32,298 nt of DNA from Clostridium sp. (GCA_032077725.1 DAMAVY010000002.1:1-32298); one strand, 5' to 3'; positions 19,355 through 30,655 are shown, counted from the stretch's first letter. A program made the numbers and translations. Notes: generated from the sequence alone by a model not told the origin.

Positions 19355-20401
19355 ATGTATGAATTTTTAGATAGACGGTATGCTCTAGCTCTTTACGAAA
19401 TGTGTTGTGAAGCAAACAATGTAGAACTAGTTTTAGAAGAGTTTGGAGAAATAGTTGAAGAAATTTATAAAAATGAAGGGCTTAAGAAAATAATTAAAAA
19501 CCCTCAAATTAATAAGTTTAATAAGAAAAGGATCTTAGAAGAGATCTTTAAAGGAAAAATAGAAGACGAACTTTTAAAATTCTTATTTTTACTTATAGAC
19601 AAAGACAGAATGCGTTTCTTATCAGAAAAATATAATCAATTCAGATTAATTTATCTGAAAAATAATAATACCGTTGTAGCTAAAATAAAATCAGTAGTTC
19701 CCTTAAATGAGAACCAAAGAGAATCTATAAAAAACAAACTAGAAAACCGTTATAAAAAAAATATTATAATGGAAGAGGAAATTGATGAGTCCTTACTTGG
19801 AGGAGTTTTAATATCTGTTGGAGATGAAGTCATAGACGGAAGTATTAAAGCTAAACTATTGGATCTTAGAGGAATTTCAGAAGGTAATGTTGTAAGTAGA
19901 TATAATTTTAGAGAACTTAACAAGGAATTATTAGCAGATGTTACAGCAGATAAACTTTTGAGTGAAGATGATACAAGACGACTAAGAGAATGGTTAAAGG
20001 ATTTTTATGGTAGAGAAATTATTTTGAATCAGATAATAGGTAGCTCTAATAAAGATGGTATAAAAGTAGTTATTGGAGAAGATATTATCACAGAACCTAC
20101 TATTGATGATTTTGTTACTTGTAATGAAAATGAGAGAAAAATCATAAGGGCACAAGACTGTATTGTAGATTTAGAGGAGAAAAATAAGATCCTCTATGCA
20201 ACAGTTAGAACGGTGATTCCATTAACTGATGAAGAAAGAATTAAATTAGTTGAAGGTCTTGAAAAGTTCTATAATAGAAAAATCGTAATCAATGAAGAAA
20301 TAGATGAAAGCATAGTAGGCGGAGTATTGGTCAAAATAGGAAATGACGTTACGGACGGAACAATAAAGAGTAAACTAAGATATATTAGAAGTGATATTTG
20401 A
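19355..20401 (+). CDS. atpH: FoF1 ATP synthase subunit delta, extended (348 aa, triplicated C-terminal domain)
   Basis: MYEFLDRRYALALY N-terminus; EEIDES(L/I)(L/V)GGVL...DG(S/T)IK motif present twice plus one degenerate copy. Confidence 0.92.
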   Translation: MYEFLDRRYALALYEMCCEANNVELVLEEFGEIVEEIYKNEGLKKIIKNPQINKFNKKRILEEIFKGKIEDELLKFLFLLIDKDRMRFLSEKYNQFRLIYLKNNNTVVAKIKSVVPLNENQRESIKNKLENRYKKNIIMEEEIDESLLGGVLISVGDEVIDGSIKAKLLDLRGISEGNVVSRYNFRELNKELLADVTADKLLSEDDTRRLREWLKDFYGREIILNQIIGSSNKDGIKVVIGEDIITEPTIDDFVTCNENERKIIRAQDCIVDLEEKNKILYATVRTVIPLTDEERIKLVEGLEKFYNRKIVINEEIDESIVGGVLVKIGNDVTDGTIKSKLRYIRSDI

Positions 20402-20440
20402 TAATATGCTAAAAATTGTAAATAGAATAGAGGTGGAATC

Positions 20441-21955
20441 ATGCATATTAAACCAGGTGAGATAACATCTATTATAAAAAGAGAATTAGACAGATATGAA
20501 ACTCATATAAATACAATAAGTTCTGGAACCATTATTCAAATTGGAGATGGTATAGCTAGAATTTATGGATTAGATGACTGTTTAGCAGGAGAGTTATTAG
20601 AATTTCCTAATAATGTATATGCCATTGCTCAAAACTTAGAGCAGGATAATGTGGGATGTATACTTCTAGGTTCTGAAGAGGGAATTAAAGAAGGCGACAT
20701 AGTAAAAAGAACAGGAAGAGTTGTAGAAGTACCTGTAGGAGATGAACTAATAGGAAGAGTTGTGGATGCACTAGGAAATCCTATAGATGGAAAAGGTAGT
20801 ATAGATGCTACTGAATATAGACCTGTAGAAGTAGAGGCTCCAGGAGTTATAGATAGACAATCAGTTAAAACTCCAATGCAAACAGGAATAAAAGCTATAG
20901 ATTCTATGATTCCTATTGGAAAAGGACAAAGAGAATTAATTGTTGGAGATAGACAAACAGGAAAGAGTGCAATTGCTATAGATGCTATTATAAATCAAAA
21001 GGGTAAAAATGTTACCTGTGTTTATGTAGCTATAGGGCAAAAGCAATCAACTGTTGCTAATATAGTTAATATATTAACTGAAGCTGGTGCAATGGAATAT
21101 ACAATTGTTGTAGCTGCAACAGCATCACAACCAGCATCTCTTCAATATTTGGCTCCTTTTGCAGGCTGTTCAATGGCTGAGCATTTTATGTATAAGGGTG
21201 GAGATTCTCTAATAGTATATGATGATTTGTCGAAGCACGCTGTTGCTTATAGAACAATATCATTATTACTTCGTAGATCACCAGGTAGAGAAGCTTATCC
21301 AGGAGATGTATTCTATCTTCATTCAAGACTTTTAGAAAGATCAGCAAAACTTTCAGATAAGTTAGGTGGAGGATCATTAACTGCCATTCCAATAATAGAA
21401 ACTTTAGCAGGCGATGTTACAGCATATATCCCTACCAATGTTATATCGATAACAGATGGTCAAATTTTCTTGGAAGCTGATTTGTTCAATTCAGGACAAA
21501 GACCAGCAGTAAATGCAGGAATATCAGTATCCAGAGTTGGAGGAAGTGCACAGATTAAGGCGATGAAGCAAGTAGCTTCTACTCTTAGAATAGAACTTGC
21601 CCAATATAGGGAGCTAGCAAACTTTACTCAGTTTGGCTCAGATCTTGATAAAGAGACAGTTAAGAGACTTGAAAAAGGAAAGAGACTTATTGAAATATTA
21701 AAGCAAGATCAATATTCTCCTATGGATGTAGAAAAACAAGTAATAGTATTATATTGTGCAGCAAATGACTTCTTAAGTGATATACCAGTTAGTAATATTA
21801 GAGCTTTCGAAAAAGAATTTTTAGAATATGTGTCTACTCATCATAGGGATATTACAAATTCTATTAAAGAAAAACAAGCTTTAGATTCTGATACAAAAGA
21901 AAGACTTAACATGGCAATAGATGAATTTAAGAAAGTATTTTTGGCTGTAATTTAG
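20441..21955 (+). CDS. atpA: FoF1 ATP synthase subunit alpha
   Basis: [47 protein letters not shown]. Confidence 0.98.
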   Translation: MHIKPGEITSIIKRELDRYETHINTISSGTIIQIGDGIARIYGLDDCLAGELLEFPNNVYAIAQNLEQDNVGCILLGSEEGIKEGDIVKRTGRVVEVPVGDELIGRVVDALGNPIDGKGSIDATEYRPVEVEAPGVIDRQSVKTPMQTGIKAIDSMIPIGKGQRELIVGDRQTGKSAIAIDAIINQKGKNVTCVYVAIGQKQSTVANIVNILTEAGAMEYTIVVAATASQPASLQYLAPFAGCSMAEHFMYKGGDSLIVYDDLSKHAVAYRTISLLLRRSPGREAYPGDVFYLHSRLLERSAKLSDKLGGGSLTAIPIIETLAGDVTAYIPTNVISITDGQIFLEADLFNSGQRPAVNAGISVSRVGGSAQIKAMKQVASTLRIELAQYRELANFTQFGSDLDKETVKRLEKGKRLIEILKQDQYSPMDVEKQVIVLYCAANDFLSDIPVSNIRAFEKEFLEYVSTHHRDITNSIKEKQALDSDTKERLNMAIDEFKKVFLAVI

Positions 21956-21987
21956 AAATACCACCTGAAATTTTAGGAGGTGAAAGT

Positions 21988-22848
21988 ATGGGCGTTGCAG
22001 GGTTAGTTACTTTAAAGAAAAGAATAAAATCTGTAGAGAGTACAAAAAAACTTACTAAGGCTATGGCTTTAGTAGCGGCATCAAAATTAAAAAAAGTAAG
22101 AACATCACTGTATACAAATGAGACCTATTTTAAAAGCTATCGAGAAGCTATGAATGAAATAATTCCATCACTTCCTAAAGATAATAGATATATGCTATCC
22201 AATGGAAGTGAAAAGAAACTTATCATAGTTGTTACCTCAGACATGGGAATGTGTGGTGCCTATAATAATAATATTATTAGTGACCTTATAGAAGTAACAA
22301 AGGATCATAAGGAAGACTATATAATATTAGTTATTGGTGAAAAAGGTAAGAGTTTAGCTAAAAAGTATGGATTTGAAATATTAGATTATGGAGAAAGTAT
22401 CTCAAATATACCTACAGCTACTGAATCTAGAAAGATATTTGAATACGTATTTAATATGTTTAATAATGGTGAAGTTGGGGAAGTAAGTATACTTTTCACA
22501 TGGTTTAAGAATCCTTTGGTTAAACAACCAAAAGAGTATAAATTATTACCTCTTCATTTTGAATCCGGTGAAAAAGATAGTATTAGTGAAGATGAGTTTG
22601 ATGTAGAAGGAAATAAAGAAGAGTTAATAGAATCTATAGTGCCTTCCTATTGCATAGCGATGATACTTAATGCCATAGTAAATGCTAAGGTTTCAGAGCA
22701 GAGTGATAGAATGGCAACTATGAATAGTGCTACTGATAATGCAAATGATATAATATCTTCTTTAAAATTAAAGTACAATAGAATAAGACAAGGAGCAATT
22801 ACTCAAGAAATTACTGAAATTATTGGGGGCTCTGAGGCTCAAGGATAG
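21988..22848 (+). CDS. atpG: FoF1 ATP synthase subunit gamma
   Basis: RIKSV..TKAM, TSDMGMCG, ATDNA, YNRIRQGAITQEITEI. Confidence 0.97.
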   Translation: MGVAGLVTLKKRIKSVESTKKLTKAMALVAASKLKKVRTSLYTNETYFKSYREAMNEIIPSLPKDNRYMLSNGSEKKLIIVVTSDMGMCGAYNNNIISDLIEVTKDHKEDYIILVIGEKGKSLAKKYGFEILDYGESISNIPTATESRKIFEYVFNMFNNGEVGEVSILFTWFKNPLVKQPKEYKLLPLHFESGEKDSISEDEFDVEGNKEELIESIVPSYCIAMILNAIVNAKVSEQSDRMATMNSATDNANDIISSLKLKYNRIRQGAITQEITEIIGGSEAQG

Positions 22849-22946
22849 TATTTTAATTAATCAAACAACCAGAATAAAATTTATATTATAAAATATAGAT
22901 GGGAGGAGTTGCATGTAATTTGTTCGTAGGTGCAAATTAGGTGTAG

Positions 22947-24347
<1,401 letters not shown>

Positions 24348-24370
24348 TGCTAAGTTGGATGTGATAAATT

Positions 24371-24637
24371 ATGGATAATGTCTTTAATCTTACAATAATT
24401 ACTCCTGAATGTGAGTTTTTTATGGGAGATGTGGTTTTATTAAATTGTGAAACTACAGAAGGGAGAATGGGAATTCTTCCACACCATAGTGCTTTAATTG
24501 CAGGTTTAGTGCCAACTATAACTAGATTTGAGGAAGCTGATGGTAAAAACCATGAGGCTAAGACTTCAGGGGGCATATTAAAGGTAAGAAAAAATAAGGT
24601 TAGCATATTGTGTGATACAGCTGAGTGGGTAGAATAA
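24371..24637 (+). CDS. atpC: FoF1 ATP synthase subunit epsilon, N-terminal beta-sandwich only (88 aa)
   Basis: LTIITPE, EGRMGILPHH, SGGILKV; ends at AEWVE. Confidence 0.92.
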   Translation: MDNVFNLTIITPECEFFMGDVVLLNCETTEGRMGILPHHSALIAGLVPTITRFEEADGKNHEAKTSGGILKVRKNKVSILCDTAEWVE

Positions 24638-24674
24638 AATTTTACTTTGCTATATGTTAAAATGAAAAAATTAT

Positions 24675-24727
24675 AGAGGAGTATATTAGGATGATTTAAA
24701 ATCATCCTAATATACTCCTCTTGTTTT
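24675..24727 (+). terminator. atp operon terminator, perfect 23-bp inverted repeat
   Basis: AGAGGAGTATATTAGGATGATTT-A-AAATCATCCTAATATACTCCTCT followed by TGTTTT. Confidence 0.8.
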
Positions 24728-24938
24728 ATTTTATAAGTGATAAATGCCATAATAATAATAAAATTTAGAAAGTAATATGGTTTTTAATGAACATATTTTG
24801 AAGAAAACTATATATTGATAATATAGATAATCTTAAGTATACAAAACCTTATTACAATATATGTAAAACAGGAATAGAAATAATTATTGAGTCAATAATC
24901 TATTATAGATGGATTATTTCTAATAAGGTGGGATATAT

Positions 24939-25643
24939 ATGGGGTTATATAAAAAACTATTCATTATGATTATGTTAACATTGTTCATAGTAATAATAAA
25001 TGACAAAACCTTTTATGGAGGGAATAATGTTGATATGTTCAATGAAATATTAAAAAATGTTGAATCTTCTACTGAGGAATACGTGGTGGAAGGAAGTTTT
25101 TATAGTGATGAAAATAAAGAAGATATCTATAATAATATAGTTATAAATATAGAAAAAGTAATGGGACAAGTTAATCCTCAATATAATGAGGATAACAGTT
25201 TTGAAATTGATTATAATAATAAAAAGTATAGCGGTTGCGTTTCAATGATTCCTTATAAAGGGGGATATAATGTTGTACTAAATATCTCTATTTGTGGATT
25301 CAATTTAGATATGGAAGATGAGAAACAGTTAAAAAGTGAGATTACAGAAGTCTTGTCCCCAATAAGTAGTGTGGCGGAGTATTCACTATACGTAAAAAGT
25401 AAAATCTTAAGTAATACTATAGATGAAGTTAATGATGAAGTCTTAAATCAATTGAAGTTATATAATGCACAAAATATAGATGAAGTAAAAATTAGTAACT
25501 GATATATTATTATTAGTAACACAAACTTATATGAAAAAAAAGTAATATTAGGGAAAGATATAGATTTTAATTGTGCTATAGTTAAATATTCCTCAGGATG
25601 CTATTTAATAATGGGAACCCCAGAAATAAAGGTAACATACTAA
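24939..25643 (+). pseudogene. YwmB-like secreted/membrane-anchored protein interrupted by in-frame TGA at 25500-25502
   Basis: The frame continues 46 codons past the TGA to a family-like C-terminus (DFNCAIVKYSSGCYLIMGTPEIKVTY*); sits between atpC and murA like ywmB. Confidence 0.75.
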
Positions 25644-25672
25644 AACAGTAGCATTTTAAATGGAGGATTAAC

Positions 25673-26929
25673 ATGAGTAAGTTTTATATAAATGGAAATA
25701 ATAAATTAGCAGGTAGTGTAAACATAAGTTCGGCTAAAAATGCTGTATTACCAATACTTGTATCAACTATACTAACTGATAGTCTATCAATAATAAATGA
25801 TGCCCCTATGTTAGAAGACGTGTTTGTATTATGTGAAGTACTAAGATCACTTTCAGCAGAGATTAATATAGATAAAGAGAAAAATATCATAAGTGTTAAT
25901 ACTAGAAATCTTAAGTATGAAGGTATAGACAATGATTTGGTAAGGAAAATGAGAGCATCTTTTTTAGTTATAGGTGCAATGGTAGCTAAATTCGGAAAGG
26001 CTAAAATTTCACTTCCAGGAGGATGCAAGATAGGATCTAGGCCTATAGATTTACATTTAAAGGGCCTAAAGGCTTTAGGAGCCATTATTAAAGAAGAGCA
26101 TGGGTATGTTGAAGTAGTTGCAGACAATTTTGTAGGAGCTACAATTTATTTAGATTTTCCATCAGTAGGAGCTACAGAAAACTTAATGATGGCGGCTACT
26201 CGTGCTAAAGGAAATACTTATATAGAAAATGCTGCAAAAGAACCAGAGATAGTAGATTTAGCTGAATTTTTGAATAAGATGGGAGCTAAAATTATTGGGG
26301 CAGGAAGCGGTACTATATGCATAGAAGGAGTAGAGTATTTACACGGAGTGGAATATACTCCTATATTTGACAGAATAGAAGCGGGAACATTTATGATAGC
26401 AGCGCCTATTACAAAAAGTAAAATATCAGTATGTGGAATTGATGAAGAAGGTTTAAAATGTGTAATAGTTAAGTTAAGAGAAATGGGCGTAATAATAGAT
26501 ATTATGGGAAATAAAATGACAGTTAATGGAGATGTGGATTTAAAACCAACTGATATAATAACTATGCCTCATCCAGGTTTTCCTACAGATATGCAATCAC
26601 AAATGATGACATTATTAAGTATGACACAGGGGCAGAGTAGTATTAAAGAAACTATTTTTGAAAATAGATTCATGCAAGTCGCTGAGCTTAGACGAATGGG
26701 AGCTGATATTAATGTTAATGGTAGAATTGCTACAATATCTGGGGTTTCAAGACTTACAGGGGCTGAGGTAGTAGCACCTGATTTAAGAGCTGGTGCAGGA
26801 CTTATTTTAGCAGGACTAGCCGCAGAAGGACAGACTGTAGTAGATGAAATATATCATATTGATAGAGGATATGTAGGCATAGAAGACAAACTTACTGCCT
26901 TAGGTGCAGATATAATTAGAATGCAATAA
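25673..26929 (+). CDS. murA: UDP-N-acetylglucosamine 1-carboxyvinyltransferase
   Basis: AKNAVLP, LPGGCKIGSRPIDLH (active Cys), PGFPTDMQ, DLRAGA, HIDRGY. Confidence 0.97.
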   Translation: MSKFYINGNNKLAGSVNISSAKNAVLPILVSTILTDSLSIINDAPMLEDVFVLCEVLRSLSAEINIDKEKNIISVNTRNLKYEGIDNDLVRKMRASFLVIGAMVAKFGKAKISLPGGCKIGSRPIDLHLKGLKALGAIIKEEHGYVEVVADNFVGATIYLDFPSVGATENLMMAATRAKGNTYIENAAKEPEIVDLAEFLNKMGAKIIGAGSGTICIEGVEYLHGVEYTPIFDRIEAGTFMIAAPITKSKISVCGIDEEGLKCVIVKLREMGVIIDIMGNKMTVNGDVDLKPTDIITMPHPGFPTDMQSQMMTLLSMTQGQSSIKETIFENRFMQVAELRRMGADINVNGRIATISGVSRLTGAEVVAPDLRAGAGLILAGLAAEGQTVVDEIYHIDRGYVGIEDKLTALGADIIRMQ

Positions 26930-26941
26930 TATTATATATAA

Positions 26942-26974
26942 CTCAGCTTCATAATAAAAGAAGCTGAGCTTTTT
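26942..26974 (+). terminator. intrinsic terminator after murA
   Basis: CTCAGCTTC-N9-GAAGCTGAG followed by CTTTTT. Confidence 0.8.
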
Positions 26975-26993
26975 AATTTATAAGTTTGTTATA

Positions 26994-27023
26994 GTCATAT
27001 TACACTAAAAAAGTTAATAGATA
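26994..27023 (+). promoter_or_regulatory. sigmaE-type promoter of spoIID
   Basis: GTCATATT-N14-AATAGATA matches the sigmaE architecture (TCATATT -35, ATA-containing -10); spoIID is a known sigmaE target. Confidence 0.65.
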
Positions 27024-27074
27024 TAGATATATCTAGTACAACAGATATATTTATATTTATTAGGAGGAAGAAAG

Positions 27075-28178
27075 GTGAAATTTTATAGAGAAGCTAAAGT
27101 AAATTTTAATTATGACAAGATCCTACTAATACTTAAACCTATAATTAGGATAATGATATATACAACAGTATTATTAGGGTTTTTGATATTGTCTTATGAA
27201 TTAATCTTAGGAAAAGACAAGAGTGTAATTGCAGATATTGATGATTCGAAAGCTGTTATACAAACTATTAATAATGATATTGCAGAAGAAGACTCAGGAG
27301 TACCATTTAGTTTGAATATAGATAACATAAAAGTATATTTAACAAAGGAAAATAAAGTTGTTGATATAGATTTAGAGGAATATATTAAGGGGGTAGTGGC
27401 TAGTGAAATGCCATTAAACTTTAATAAAGAGGCATTGAAGGCTCAAGCAATAGCTGCGAGAACTTATACATTAGCACACACAAAGTCTGTATCAAGTGGA
27501 TGTGCTAATGGAAGAGGGGCTGACCTTTGTGATACTGTTCATTGTCAGGTATATACACCTAAAGAGGAAAAAATGTTACAACTAGGGGTAGATGGAGAAA
27601 GCAGGTGGAACTTAATTGAGGAAGTTATAAATGAAACAGAAGGCATGGTATTAACATATAATAATAAGTTAGTAATGGGTGCCTATTATTTTTCTACTAG
27701 TAGTGGAAAAACTGAAAATGTAGAGGATGTATTCACTACAGCATTACCATATTTAAGAAGTGTAGAAAGCTTAGGCGAAGAGGTTGCACCAAGATATAAA
27801 AGTACAGAAACTGTAGATTTATGTAGATTTGTTGAAGTTGTAAATGAAGCATATAATGATGCAAATTTATCTCCAGGGAATTTGGAAAATCAGGTAAAAA
27901 TAAATAGTTATACTGATGGAGGGTGTATAAAAGAACTAACTCTTGGTAATGTAACTATTACTGGAGTTAAGTTTAGACAACTTTTTGGATTAAATTCAGC
28001 AAACTTTTCCTTGGAATTTTTAGCGAATCAAGTGGTAATAAATTGTACTGGATTTGGACACGGAGTTGGAATGAGTCAGTGGGGTGCTAATATAATGGCT
28101 GGTGAAGGAAAAAGCTGTGAAGAAATATTAAAACATTATTATACAGGAATTGAAATAAAAAAAATAAATAATAAATAA
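27075..28178 (+). CDS. spoIID: stage II sporulation protein D
   Basis: LEEYIKGVVASEMP, EALKAQAIAARTY, CDTVHCQVY, GFGHGVGMSQWGA. Confidence 0.96.
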   Translation: MKFYREAKVNFNYDKILLILKPIIRIMIYTTVLLGFLILSYELILGKDKSVIADIDDSKAVIQTINNDIAEEDSGVPFSLNIDNIKVYLTKENKVVDIDLEEYIKGVVASEMPLNFNKEALKAQAIAARTYTLAHTKSVSSGCANGRGADLCDTVHCQVYTPKEEKMLQLGVDGESRWNLIEEVINETEGMVLTYNNKLVMGAYYFSTSSGKTENVEDVFTTALPYLRSVESLGEEVAPRYKSTETVDLCRFVEVVNEAYNDANLSPGNLENQVKINSYTDGGCIKELTLGNVTITGVKFRQLFGLNSANFSLEFLANQVVINCTGFGHGVGMSQWGANIMAGEGKSCEEILKHYYTGIEIKKINNK

Positions 28179-28190
28179 ATATTTAAGAAT

Positions 28191-28213
28191 TAAGGCTTAG
28201 GCCTTATTTTTTT
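28191..28213 (+). terminator. intrinsic terminator after spoIID
   Basis: TAAGGC-TTAG-GCCTTA followed by a T7 tract. Confidence 0.8.
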
Positions 28214-28310
28214 ACGAAAAATATGGATAAAAACAAGAAAATAGAAAAAAATTTTCTTGTAGTGTATTAATTTTCTAATATCAGTCCACAATACAGGTGG
28301 AGGTGTTTTT

Positions 28311-29006
28311 ATGAACAATAAATTTAGCAAAGTGAAGCAATTCTTTAAAAAAGAAGGCTTCTATGTAATTCTATTTGTTTGTTTATGTGCTGTTGCAACA
28401 GTTGCTGCTGTAACTGTTGGAAGAAATAACAGTAAAAATTCTGAAGAGGATAAAGTAGCACTTGAACAAACAGAAAAAGAAGTTGTAACTCAACCAGAAA
28501 AACCAGAGAATGCATTACAAGTTCAAGAGAAGCTTGAACCAGTACCAACTGTTAAGAATGAGAAAGAGACAAAAGCAGTTTCTGCTCAAACAAAAATTAC
28601 TCTTAGTAATCCTGTAGTAGGTACTTTAGGAAGAGCATACTCTGAAGATCCAGTATATTGGACTACAACTAAAGACTATAAGACTCATTTAGCAATGGAT
28701 GTTAAAGCTGAAAAAGGCTCAGCTGTTGTTGCTGCAAATGCCGGAGTTATTAAAAATGTAGGAATGAATACTGAAGGGAAATATGTAGAAATAGACCATC
28801 AAAATGGACTAACTACAGTATATGGTAACCTTGAAGAACAGGTTTTGGTTAAAGTTGGAGATAAAGTAACTAGTGGTCAAAAAATTGGAGCCATAGGTGA
28901 AACTACAAATCTTGCATATGAAGAATATGGAAGTTATCTTCATTTCCAAGTTTTACAAGATGGAAAAGCAGTAGATCCAGCTAAATATGTTAGTTATGAA
29001 AAGTAA
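28311..29006 (+). CDS. spoIIQ: SpoIIQ-like M23 (LytM) peptidase-family protein
   Basis: KKEGFYVILFVCLC TM anchor, HLAMD (HxxxD), YLHF; position between spoIID and spoIIID. Confidence 0.8.
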   Translation: MNNKFSKVKQFFKKEGFYVILFVCLCAVATVAAVTVGRNNSKNSEEDKVALEQTEKEVVTQPEKPENALQVQEKLEPVPTVKNEKETKAVSAQTKITLSNPVVGTLGRAYSEDPVYWTTTKDYKTHLAMDVKAEKGSAVVAANAGVIKNVGMNTEGKYVEIDHQNGLTTVYGNLEEQVLVKVGDKVTSGQKIGAIGETTNLAYEEYGSYLHFQVLQDGKAVDPAKYVSYEK

Positions 29007-29027
29007 CTAATTAAAATTAACTTTCTT

Positions 29028-29061
29028 ACTAGCCCTTTTAATTTTAATTAAAAGGGCTAGT
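29028..29061. terminator. 16-bp inverted repeat between spoIIQ and spoIIID
   Basis: ACTAGCCCTTTTAATT-TT-AATTAAAAGGGCTAGT, extendable outward; no clear U tract. Confidence 0.55.
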
Positions 29062-29128
29062 TAAGAAGGTAATTTAAACAGGTATGCTAGCATATTTATA
29101 ATTATAGAAGGGTTAAGGAGGTAACACT

Positions 29129-29383
29129 TTGAAAGACTATATTGAAGATAGAGTTCTAGAAGTAGCAAAATATATAATAGAATCCGAGGCTACAATAAGA
29201 AAAACAGCGTCGGTTTTTGGAGTAAGTAAAAGTACAATTCATAAGGATATGACTGAGAGATTGCCTAAAATAAATGCTCAAATAGCAGAGGAAGCAAAGA
29301 ACATCTTAGAGTTAAATAAAGCTGAAAGACACATTAGAGGTGGAAAAGCTACTAAAATGAAATATAAAACAATTGAAGGTTAG
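29129..29383 (+). CDS. spoIIID: sporulation transcription factor SpoIIID
   Basis: MKDYIEDRV, FGVSKSTIHKD, RHIRGGKATK. Confidence 0.97.
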   Translation: MKDYIEDRVLEVAKYIIESEATIRKTASVFGVSKSTIHKDMTERLPKINAQIAEEAKNILELNKAERHIRGGKATKMKYKTIEG

Positions 29384-29479
29384 TTAGAATAGTAATATAA
29401 TAAAGATATATTGTATTAGAAAATATTGTATTGTATTTCAATATGAAGAAAATGCTAAAGAGCAGGAGTGAGTTTTAAG

Positions 29480-30514
29480 ATGTTTTTTTTTGGTATGGGA
29501 ACGGATATGGGTATAGACTTAGGAACAGCTACAGTACTTGTTTATATGAAAGGGAAGGGAATAATATTAAAAGAACCTTCAGTTGTAGCGATTGATAAAA
29601 ATGCAAACAGGGTTTTAGCTGTAGGTGAAGAAGCTAGGAAAATGATAGGAAGAACACCAGGTAATATTGTTGCCATTCGTCCACTTAGGGATGGCGTTAT
29701 ATCAGATTATGATGTAACTGAAAAGATGCTTGAACATTTTATTAAAAAAGCTTGCGGTAAACGTAAGATGTCTACACCAAGAGTTGTAATGTGTGTACCA
29801 TGTCAAGCTACAGAGGTAGAGCGAAGAGCTGTTGAAGATGCTGCAAGAAATGCGGGAGCTAAAAAGGTAATATTAGTTGAAGAACCTTTAGCTGCGGCTA
29901 TAGGCGCAGGATTAGATATAGGAAAAGCTAGTGGTAACATGGTTATTGACATAGGAGGAGGAACCACAGATATTGCAATAATTTCTTTAGGAGGAATGGT
30001 TGTTAGAGAATCTATTAAAACTGCTGGGGACAATTTCGATGATGCTATAATTCGTTACATAAGAAAAAAGCATAAACTAATGATTGGTGAAAGAACTGCA
30101 GAAGAATTAAAAATAAGTATTGGATGTGCTTATCCTAAAGAGGAAGAGGCTAAAGCCGAAATAAGAGGGCGAGATCTTATAACTGGGCTACCAAAGAATA
30201 TAATAGTCTATTCTAGTGAAATGGAAGAGGCATTAAAAGAAGCTGTTACGGCTATAGCAGAATGTGCACATTCTGTATTAGAGAAAACACCACCTGAACT
30301 TGCTGCTGATATAGCTGACAAGGGGATAATAATGACTGGTGGAGGTGGACTTTTAGACGGTCTAGATAAACTTATAGAGCAAGTTACGAATGTTCCGGTA
30401 TATGTGGCAGAGGATCCAGTTTCTTGTGTTGCTATTGGAACAGGTAAAATGCTCGATTACGTAGACAAATTAGATAATTCTTTTGTTGGATATAATGTTT
30501 CAATAGAGGAATAA
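29480..30514 (+). CDS. mbl: MreB-like rod shape-determining protein
   Basis: GIDLGTA, EPSVVA, DIGGGTTD, TGGG; follows spoIIID. Alternative GTG start at 29468. Confidence 0.9.
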   Translation: MFFFGMGTDMGIDLGTATVLVYMKGKGIILKEPSVVAIDKNANRVLAVGEEARKMIGRTPGNIVAIRPLRDGVISDYDVTEKMLEHFIKKACGKRKMSTPRVVMCVPCQATEVERRAVEDAARNAGAKKVILVEEPLAAAIGAGLDIGKASGNMVIDIGGGTTDIAIISLGGMVVRESIKTAGDNFDDAIIRYIRKKHKLMIGERTAEELKISIGCAYPKEEEAKAEIRGRDLITGLPKNIIVYSSEMEEALKEAVTAIAECAHSVLEKTPPELAADIADKGIIMTGGGGLLDGLDKLIEQVTNVPVYVAEDPVSCVAIGTGKMLDYVDKLDNSFVGYNVSIEE

Positions 30515-30655
30515 AATGTACAAGTTAGAATATTAAACCTATATTATTGTTTAGAATGTAAATAAGTTTGCATTTTCATTGCTTATAATTCAATGAACCG
30601 TAATGCAACTATAGCAATCCAAAATAAAGGTTATCAGAATATAAAAAATGCAATT

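Noticed and set aside
19664..20389. Assembly artefact as the cause of the long delta subunit
   Set aside because: The repeat copies are strongly diverged (about 42% aa identity at best) in one uninterrupted frame, unlike a misassembled duplication.
24356..24364. ATG-TGA start-stop before atpC (also before atpB at 17678)
   Set aside because: These are simply GGATGTGA variants of the SD GGAGGTGA at normal spacing from the real start codons.
25500..25560. Selenocysteine codon
   Set aside because: No redox motif context, AT-rich downstream sequence without an evident SECIS hairpin, and a simple GGA-to-TGA change explains it.
29483..29491. T9 tract right after the mbl start codon as a phase-variation site
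   Set aside because: In frame (FFF), short for an AT-rich genome, and in a core cell-shape gene.
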